Below, in pieces: positions 56,759-64,000 of a stretch of 64,000 bases of DNA. The number at the start of each line of letters is the position of its first letter. Position 1 is the stretch's first letter. The stretch spans positions 450 through 64,449 of the forward strand of contig CALRGT010000001.1 in the NCBI GenBank assembly GCA_943358095.1. Reading direction: 5' to 3'. The notes under the pieces are model-generated. The model was given only the letters and a program-made list of their open reading frames with translations. It had not been told where the DNA came from and ran no database searches. The stretch is from an uncultured Candidatus Saccharimonas sp. (GTDB taxonomy: Bacteria > Patescibacteriota > Saccharimonadia > Saccharimonadales > AQU-01). The position numbers and the translations under genes are program-made.

Positions 56759-57769
56759 CTAATTTAATAGCTTCTGATACTTATCTAAAGCAAGGTTTTT
56801 AAGTGCCCAATCGGCATATATACTAGGTACTCTTGCGAGTGTGTGGAAGTTGTCATTCTTATCGCTTTTTAGAATATCCGATGCCTGCGTATTTATTTCT
56901 GAAATTCTTCTGTAGGTTTCTGTTATAGAGCCGTCGACAGTCATAACATCTAATAGTTCAGGGAGTAAGGCTAGATCAAATCTATCATTTAAATATTTAG
57001 ATACATTAGAACCTTCTGACTTTAAAGATAATAAGATGGGCAGGGTATACACGCCTTCTTTAACGTCGTTACCGCTAAGTTTACCAATCAATTTTGCATC
57101 ACCGATGAGATCAAGCAGATCATCAACCAGCTGAAAGGAACGGCCAAAATTAATACCAAATTCAGCGAGACGAGATAATTTATCCTTGCTCAGTCCCGCA
57201 CAAAGTCCTCCAATTCTACAGGTAGCCGACATGAGGGCGGATGTCTTGCCATCAATAGCTCTAAACATAGAATCAATAGAGCGCTTCGTATTGTAACTAT
57301 CGGCCATCTCAAAAATCTGGCCAATAGTCATCTCGCGAAAAGCTGAGGCTAAAACTAACCCACAATCTGACGAGATAGCAGAAGCCATTTCGATGGACTT
57401 CGCAAATAGATAATCTCCAGCTAAAATTGCGTAATCCACTCCCTCACGAGCATTAATAGTAGCCACCGACCATCTGCTGTCTGCATTGTCGATAATATCG
57501 TCGTGAATCAAGCTGGCAATATGTAATAACTCAATTGACGCAGCTAATGTCAGAACCTTCTCATCTATTTCTTGGCCACAAGCCATAACTACAGCTATCA
57601 ATATAGCTGGGCGTAATCTTTTGGCCTTAGGGCTCAACATTCTAGTTAAAGACTGCTTAATAGGCTTAGGGGCGTCACTCAAACGAGTTAATAATATCGA
57701 GTTTAGGCGGACTTGATAGTCGCTCCATTCTGGTATATTCAGCGATTCGGCTATAGAGAATTTATTCAT
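56759..57769 (-). CDS. polyprenyl diphosphate synthase
   Basis: KRLRP, ASLIHDDIID, AILAGD, GQ, KT, FQLVDDLLD. Confidence 0.92.
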   Translation of the reverse strand: MNKFSIAESLNIPEWSDYQVRLNSILLTRLSDAPKPIKQSLTRMLSPKAKRLRPAILIAVVMACGQEIDEKVLTLAASIELLHIASLIHDDIIDNADSRWSVATINAREGVDYAILAGDYLFAKSIEMASAISSDCGLVLASAFREMTIGQIFEMADSYNTKRSIDSMFRAIDGKTSALMSATCRIGGLCAGLSKDKLSRLAEFGINFGRSFQLVDDLLDLIGDAKLIGKLSGNDVKEGVYTLPILLSLKSEGSNVSKYLNDRFDLALLPELLDVMTVDGSITETYRRISEINTQASDILKSDKNDNFHTLARVPSIYADWALKNLALDKYQKLLN

Positions 57770-57913
57770 CAGTACTTATCATTCTACTTTAAATATATAT
57801 TATTGATTAACTATATAAGAATTACATCTAGAAAAAAATATAGACAAAGGTTGTGTTTATTGACCATATACTATATAATATAATCTAATTAGTACAATAC
57901 AGTAGTTTTTTAT

Positions 57914-58042
57914 ATGACCCATAAATCAAACCATCTAGAAATTAAACAAAATAGTATTAGCGGACAATTAACTTCTAAGAAGTTAGCTGCCATTCTTGGC
58001 CTAATCTTAGTAATTTTTGTCGGCGCCGTACTTAAGATCTAG
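57914..58042 (+). CDS. small membrane peptide (42 aa); not in the ORF track
   Basis: MTHKSNHLEIKQNSISGQLTSKKLAAILGLILVIFVGAVLKI* with one C-terminal TM helix. Confidence 0.45.
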   Translation: MTHKSNHLEIKQNSISGQLTSKKLAAILGLILVIFVGAVLKI

Positions 58043-58102
58043 TCAGCTTTAACGAGCAAATATTAACCACACAGGCTTGTTTTGTCGTGCTAATATATAG
58101 TT

Positions 58103-58873
58103 ATGACTAATTTTTTACTTACAGCGCTAGCCGTGTCCTTGATATTAAACTTAAGTCTTTTTCTTGTTGCATTTCGCTTCCAAACAGATAGGCTGACTGA
58201 CGCATCTTACGGTATAACATTTATCATTCTGGCTATCTACGGGTTTGTCACAGGCCATGCAACTAAATTTCATTTGTTAATTCTTTTGATGGTGATCATA
58301 TGGGCAGTCCGCTTGAGTGGGTTCTTACTTTACCGGATATGGCAAAAAAAGAAGGATGCACGATTCGACGAAATGCGTCACAGCTTTTGGATGTTTGGTC
58401 GTTTTTGGCTCCTACAGGGCTTGGCAGTATGGGTAATCCTCATACCGGGTCTGCTTGGGTTGCACCAAAATGCAATTGTAAGCGGAAGATTAGCAGCGAT
58501 AGGCTTTTTGATATGGAATACAGGACTCGTAATCGAATCAATTGCAGACATACAAAAATATAGATTTTCAATTGGTACTAAACCACGCAATCCATGGATA
58601 GCTACTGGATTATGGAAATACTCCCGCCATCCTAATTACTTAGGTGAAATAATGGTTTGGGTAGGCATGTATGCACTAGTTTTTGAATCGCTATCAACAA
58701 AGGGAAGGCTAGTAGGACTAGTTAGCCCGTTATTTATTATCATACTGCTGTTATTTGTCAGCGGCATACCAATCCTAGAAAAGAGCGCCGACAAAAGATG
58801 GGGCAAACTAAAAGAATACAAAGCCTACAAGGCCAGAACTAGCGTGCTACTACTTTTGCCAAACAAAAAATAA
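58103..58873 (+). CDS. DUF1295 / steroid 5-alpha-reductase-like membrane protein
   Basis: WAVRL, DARF, ESIAD.QK, GLWKYSRHPNYLGE, SGIPILE. Confidence 0.9.
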   Translation: MTNFLLTALAVSLILNLSLFLVAFRFQTDRLTDASYGITFIILAIYGFVTGHATKFHLLILLMVIIWAVRLSGFLLYRIWQKKKDARFDEMRHSFWMFGRFWLLQGLAVWVILIPGLLGLHQNAIVSGRLAAIGFLIWNTGLVIESIADIQKYRFSIGTKPRNPWIATGLWKYSRHPNYLGEIMVWVGMYALVFESLSTKGRLVGLVSPLFIIILLLFVSGIPILEKSADKRWGKLKEYKAYKARTSVLLLLPNKK

Positions 58874-58874
58874 T

Positions 58875-60536
58875 CTAGAAGTGCTTGCGAATGTGAGCCA
58901 TCGTAAAGTCCCAATCAGCATCGGTTTTCTTGTGTGGATTAAGGACATTTGTAGGGTCAAATATGTCCTTAACTTCTTTAAAGTAGCCATAAATCTGCTT
59001 ACCGTACATTCTTTCGAGCCAAGACCCACGAATCATTCCGTCGTTATGCTCGCCAGATAGTGACCCGCCATAGCTCAAAACTAAATCATTAACTTCCTTC
59101 ATAACTGGAGTGATTTTCGCCACTTCCTTAGGGTCTTCAATTTTCATCAGTGGAATAATATGAAAGTTACCGTCGCCCATATGACCTGCAACAGTAGCTA
59201 ATAATTTGTACTTATTCAGTATTACTCTTAGTTCAGGCAAAAATTTAGGCAAATGAGCTGGAGGCACTACCAAGTCATCGATGAATGGCGCAGTGTGCTT
59301 ATCCTTCACTTTTTTACGAAGCAAGTTAAAGCTTTCTCGTCGCATTATTCTAAACTTCCAAGCTTTAGCCGGCGTACCATCTTCTTCGATGGCCTGCATT
59401 TTATACTTCTTTAATTGATCGTGCATATTTTTAATTTGTTCGTTAACAGACGCTTGAGTGTCGCCGCTAAATTCAATCAAAAGTATTATCTTAGGGATTC
59501 CCTTCATTAAGACTAGAGCATCAGGTATAAGACTAATCCCTAACTTAGCTAGCCCCAGCCAGCCGAGATTTTTACGAAAATAAGGGAAGAACTTGATGGA
59601 AAGATTTAGCGTGTAATTATCAAAAGACTCAAAACTAATAGGCTTGTTCTTCATTACATCATTAATAACTTCGCCTAGTTCATTGGTGTTCTTCATGAAA
59701 CACACCAAAACTCCAGTAAACTTTTCAACGGGTTGTAGCCTAAATTTAATGTCTGTTATAAGCCCAAGAGCGCCTTGTGACCCGACAAGCAACTTAGACA
59801 TATCAAATATTTCTTTTTCACGGTCCCACACATCCCACAAATTATAACCCATAGAGTTTTTGCTGACATGCGGCTTGGCTGCTTTGATTGCATCGTAATG
59901 ATTATTAACGAGTTCGTATGTCTTGCGGTATATTTCACCCTCAAAACCTTTTAGTTTAAACTTATCGTCTAGCTGCTTCCTATTCAACGGCCCAAATGTA
60001 TACTCATTTCCATCTACCATAACTGCTTTAAGTTCGTCGACAAAATTAATTGTTTTACCATAGCGCAGTGACATTTCGCCACCAGAGTTATTGGAAACCA
60101 TGCCGCCGACAGTACATAGCTCACGCGAGGCAGGGAAGCTAGGCATTAAAGCCCCATGCTTAAGAGTTTCTGGTTCAAAATCACGATAATATACTCCGGG
60201 ATCAACTCTAGCGCTAGTGCTACTTACTTCGTGAGTTTTATTAAAATGCTTAGTGAAATCGACAATTATCGAATCATTGATTGGCCCGCCAACCATACAA
60301 CTGCCTCCGCTTCTTGCAGTTATTGACAGGTTGGGGTTAGACTTTTTATTTGTTGTGACATATTTTATAAGATTTTTTATATCATCACTGTCCATAGGAG
60401 ATACAACTAACTCTGGCTTCATTTCTAGCATACTTGCGTCGTGGCTATAGAATTCAATAATTTCAGGAGTATCTTCCACCTCGCCTTTAATTATCTTATG
60501 TAGATCATCTTTCAAGCTGGATTGTTGATTGCTCAT
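58875..60536 (-). CDS. FAD-binding oxidoreductase (GlcD/D-lactate dehydrogenase-like)
   Basis: YSHDAS, RSGGS, CTVGGMVSNNSGG, GHMGDGNFH, LSGEHNDG, FDP..LNP. Confidence 0.9.
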   Translation of the reverse strand: MSNQQSSLKDDLHKIIKGEVEDTPEIIEFYSHDASMLEMKPELVVSPMDSDDIKNLIKYVTTNKKSNPNLSITARSGGSCMVGGPINDSIIVDFTKHFNKTHEVSSTSARVDPGVYYRDFEPETLKHGALMPSFPASRELCTVGGMVSNNSGGEMSLRYGKTINFVDELKAVMVDGNEYTFGPLNRKQLDDKFKLKGFEGEIYRKTYELVNNHYDAIKAAKPHVSKNSMGYNLWDVWDREKEIFDMSKLLVGSQGALGLITDIKFRLQPVEKFTGVLVCFMKNTNELGEVINDVMKNKPISFESFDNYTLNLSIKFFPYFRKNLGWLGLAKLGISLIPDALVLMKGIPKIILLIEFSGDTQASVNEQIKNMHDQLKKYKMQAIEEDGTPAKAWKFRIMRRESFNLLRKKVKDKHTAPFIDDLVVPPAHLPKFLPELRVILNKYKLLATVAGHMGDGNFHIIPLMKIEDPKEVAKITPVMKEVNDLVLSYGGSLSGEHNDGMIRGSWLERMYGKQIYGYFKEVKDIFDPTNVLNPHKKTDADWDFTMAHIRKHF

Positions 60537-60639
60537 AACCTTTCTCCTGGGCCATACTATTTATTTTTATCTATATTATATATAAAGCTTAACCGTTGTT
60601 AGCTAAAATCACAAAACATAATGTACAATAGTACTAACT

Positions 60640-61833
60640 ATGAAAAAAATTGTCGTTATTGGAGGAGGATTCGCTGGTATTTCGGTTATACGCGACCTTA
60701 GGGACGTTGAAGACGCGGAGATTATCTTAATATCAAATGATACCGAATTTCGCTACACACCAGCGCTTTATCACACAGCTACTGGTGGTTTAAAGCGCGA
60801 ATCTTCTATGCCTGTTCAAGATCTAATAAGCACGACTCCTAGAGCCAAATTCATTTTAGCCAAAGCAGATAAAATTGATCGTGCCAAAAAATCAATTTCA
60901 TTAGATAATGGCGACACCATACATTATAACTACTGTGTTCTTGCGCTTGGAGTAATTACTAATTATTTTGGAGCAGAAGGCTTAGACAGATACAGCTACA
61001 GTATAAAATCAGCCAAAGAAGTAGAAAAACTGAAGCAACATTTGCATGAGCAGCTCATAGACGATAAACGCACTGATGACAATTATGTAATTGTCGGCGC
61101 CGGCCCAACAGGAGTTGAACTAGGATCCGCTCTAGGTGCATATATCAAGAAGATAGCTCGACTCCATAAAGTCAAAAAAAATAAGGTGACAATCGAAATC
61201 GTTGAGGCAGCAGACAGAATTCTGCCTTCATTGTCAGAAAAAGCAGCCAATATTGCCTTAAAAAGACTAAAACAAATTGGTGTTAAAGTCTCTGTAAAAA
61301 GTCGTGTTAAATCAGAAACTCGAGAAGGCCTAATACTAGAAGACCGCACCATAGAAACCCAAACCGTCGTATGGACAGCAGGCATATCAAATAATCCTTT
61401 TTTCCAGAACAATGCCGACCAATTCATGCTAGACAAAAAAAATAAGGTTATTGTTGACGATTATATGTGCGTAGATAAATTTGTATTTGTAGTTGGTGAT
61501 AATGCAGCCACGAAATTCAGCGGAATGGCCCAGACCGCCATAGTGCAAGCCAAATATGTGAGTCACGGTATTAAAAGATTACTAGCGGGCAAGGAATTTA
61601 AACCTTTTAAACAGGCTAGCCCTATTTATGCGATACCTATCAGCCCAAAGCAGGCAATCATAACATGGAAGAATCTATCTTTTGGTGGATTTATAGGTGG
61701 AGCTCTAAGATCAGTCGCCGATCTAATTGGCTATGCAGATATCATGGGATACAGGAAGGCCTTCAGTCTTTGGACGAACAGCGAACATTACGAAGAAACT
61801 TGTTCTGTTTGCAACGCCGCAAATATTAAATAG
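60640..61833 (+). CDS. ndh: type II NADH:quinone oxidoreductase-like flavoprotein
   Basis: GGGFAG, VGAGPTGVEL, WTAG, VGD, AQTA..Q. Confidence 0.85.
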   Translation: MKKIVVIGGGFAGISVIRDLRDVEDAEIILISNDTEFRYTPALYHTATGGLKRESSMPVQDLISTTPRAKFILAKADKIDRAKKSISLDNGDTIHYNYCVLALGVITNYFGAEGLDRYSYSIKSAKEVEKLKQHLHEQLIDDKRTDDNYVIVGAGPTGVELGSALGAYIKKIARLHKVKKNKVTIEIVEAADRILPSLSEKAANIALKRLKQIGVKVSVKSRVKSETREGLILEDRTIETQTVVWTAGISNNPFFQNNADQFMLDKKNKVIVDDYMCVDKFVFVVGDNAATKFSGMAQTAIVQAKYVSHGIKRLLAGKEFKPFKQASPIYAIPISPKQAIITWKNLSFGGFIGGALRSVADLIGYADIMGYRKAFSLWTNSEHYEETCSVCNAANIK

Positions 61834-61894
61834 TGCCGCAAGACCAGCTCTGTAATGTGTGTGACTATATCTTCAACTAGTCTACAATATAGTA

Positions 61895-64000
61895 ATGACT
61901 AGATTCGCAAAAGAATACAGCAAGCTAAACGAAGCCCAAAAGTTAGCAGTCGACCAAATTGAAGGCCCTGTACTGGTTATAGCAGGTCCAGGTACGGGCA
62001 AAACTCAGCTGCTAAGCATGCGGGTAGCCAATATTCTACAGAAGACCGACACATTGCCCCAAAATATTCTTTGTTTGACTTTTACCGATTCAGCTACGGC
62101 TACACTACGTAAAAGATTAACCAATCTAATCGGCCAGACAGCCTATGATGTGAGCATAAATACTTATCACTCTTTTGGTAGTGATTTAATTAGGCGAATG
62201 CCGGAATATTTTGTTGATGATTCAGATATGCGACCAGCCGACGATTTGAGCATAGACCAAACTTATAGAGATATACTAGGGAAACTATCTTATTCCAATC
62301 CTCTAAAATTCTCTACAAGAAACATAAGTAATATACGCTCCATGATAAGTGATTTTAAGCGAGCACTAATGTCGCCAGACGACGTTCGAGCTATTGCAGA
62401 AGCTAACCTAAAATTTATTAGTTCAATGAGCGAAACGACTGTGCGTATTTTGGGCACAATAAAACGAATGGACAAGTCCGCTATACCCAAATTCGCAGAA
62501 CTAGCCGAAGAAACTACAGACAAATATACTAGTGGCGCTGAATTACCGCGAAATACTAGACCAATGCACGAACAGTGGCAAGAAGAACTTGAACTTGCAC
62601 TAGAATTCTATGACGAAACAGGTAAAACTAACGAAATAACTGGCTGGAAGAATAACTGGCTCGCCAAGAATAGTAATGCTGAATTTATTGTCAAAAACGA
62701 GATGACGTCAAAAAAATTGTTAGCGATGGCAGACGTATATCAGGACTATTTAAAGTCATTAGAAAGTCAGCAACTATTTGATTACGACGACATGATCATG
62801 AAAGTGATTAAGGGCCTACAAACCAATGACGATTTGCGCTACACAATACAAGAGCAATATCAGTACATTATGTTAGATGAGTTTCAAGATACAAATATCG
62901 CTCAAATGGATTTGATTAATCTACTTGCCGATAATCCAGTAAATGAAGGCCGTCCAAACATCATGGCGGTAGGAGACGATGATCAGGCCATCTACGCTTT
63001 TCAGGGCGCAAAATACTCTCATATGCTTGCATTTTATAATACCTACAGGGAAGTAAAGGTAGTTACTCTAATAGAAAATTATCGCTCACATAAGGATATA
63101 TTATTCATAGCTCATGGGGTTGCTGAACAAATCCAATCTAGACTTCATCATAACTTTACAGAAATTAACAAAACACTAACTGCCAGCAACTCCGGTCTGC
63201 CAAATAAGGCTGAGATTGAGAGACGAGAATTCAAGACAGACTTAGCGGAATACGGATGGATCACCAGACAAGTTGGTGACTTGATAAGCGGTGGAGTAGA
63301 CCCAAATGAGATAGCAATACTGGCACCACAACATCGTTATCTTGAACCTTTAGTGTCGTTTTTTGCTAAAGCAGGAATAGCTATACGCTACGACAAACAA
63401 GAAAATGTTTTAGATAATCCAATAGTCTTAGAACTAACACAGATGTGCCACTTAATTACGGCAATTAACCGCGGGGACGACGAAACGGCAGGTAGTTTGT
63501 GGGCGGAAGTTTTAAGTTACGAATACTGGAATCTTCCAACTAGCACGATCTGGGAATTGTCTTGGCAGGCCAATGACGAGAAGAAAGACTGGACTAATAT
63601 ATTACTGGCAAATCCATCAACAAAAATGATTGCACTATTCTTTATTAGACTAGGATTTATCATTAAATCAGAAACACTAGAGACTATGCTAGATTACATA
63701 ATTGGCGTAAAAGAACTCGACCTTAAAGAGGATGAAGTTGAAGCTTATAGTTCTCCATTTTACCAATACTATTTTAACGACAAGATGCTGGTCGATGAAC
63801 CTACTAAATTCTGGGACTTACTAAACAACTTAACTGTACTTAGACAGCATTTACGAGAATACAAACAGCAAGATATAAGTCCACTAAATTTGCATGATTT
63901 TATTGATTTCGTTGTGGCACACCGATTAGCAAATATTAAAATCCTAAACACTAGTCCATACAACCAATCAGATAATGCTGTACAACTAATGACGACATTT
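61895..64000 (+). CDS. UvrD/PcrA-family ATP-dependent DNA helicase (partial, runs off the window)
   Basis: Own translation: LNEAQKLAV..EGPVLVIAGPGTGKT, LTFT, DEFQD, VGDDDQAIYAFQGA, ENYRS. Confidence 0.95.
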   Translation, partial: MTRFAKEYSKLNEAQKLAVDQIEGPVLVIAGPGTGKTQLLSMRVANILQKTDTLPQNILCLTFTDSATATLRKRLTNLIGQTAYDVSINTYHSFGSDLIRRMPEYFVDDSDMRPADDLSIDQTYRDILGKLSYSNPLKFSTRNISNIRSMISDFKRALMSPDDVRAIAEANLKFISSMSETTVRILGTIKRMDKSAIPKFAELAEETTDKYTSGAELPRNTRPMHEQWQEELELALEFYDETGKTNEITGWKNNWLAKNSNAEFIVKNEMTSKKLLAMADVYQDYLKSLESQQLFDYDDMIMKVIKGLQTNDDLRYTIQEQYQYIMLDEFQDTNIAQMDLINLLADNPVNEGRPNIMAVGDDDQAIYAFQGAKYSHMLAFYNTYREVKVVTLIENYRSHKDILFIAHGVAEQIQSRLHHNFTEINKTLTASNSGLPNKAEIERREFKTDLAEYGWITRQVGDLISGGVDPNEIAILAPQHRYLEPLVSFFAKAGIAIRYDKQENVLDNPIVLELTQMCHLITAINRGDDETAGSLWAEVLSYEYWNLPTSTIWELSWQANDEKKDWTNILLANPSTKMIALFFIRLGFIIKSETLETMLDYIIGVKELDLKEDEVEAYSSPFYQYYFNDKMLVDEPTKFWDLLNNLTVLRQHLREYKQQDISPLNLHDFIDFVVAHRLANIKILNTSPYNQSDNAVQLMTTF

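Overview
Core-genome segment of a small-genome CPR bacterium, most likely Candidatus Saccharibacteria (inferred from: no rpmD/uL30 between rpsE and rplO, Tmk-ThyX fusion, cyo operon, many ORFans; genetic code 11). It carries the end of the S10 operon, the spc/alpha operons, rplM-rpsI, pheA, trpS, five tRNAs (Tyr, 2x Thr, Trp, Gln), rpmG, secE-nusG-rplK, rplA, a dTTP-synthesis cluster, rplJ-rplL with an L10 leader, dnaX-dnaB, recR, cysS, glycosyltransferases, peptidoglycan peptidases, a cytochrome bo3 operon with neighbouring NDH-2 and FAD-oxidoreductase, and the start of a UvrD-like helicase. The strongest unannotated signal is three same-design ribosome-dependent attenuators missed by the ORF track: sigma70 promoter, near-leaderless leader peptide with a T/Q/N-rich start, and mutually exclusive protector/antiterminator/terminator stems. 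Their control codons are Phe-Trp-Phe (before pheA...trpS), four Cys (before a PIG-L deacetylase and cysS) and Leu-rich (before two unknown ORFs). Also notable: the cytochrome bo3 appears to lack both K-channel residues and has a CyoD-cupredoxin fusion; zinc-finger cysteines are missing from S14, L33, L36, RecR, DnaX and HolB; and a structured repeat lies behind tRNA-Tyr. All calls come from reading the sequence by eye; no database searches were run.
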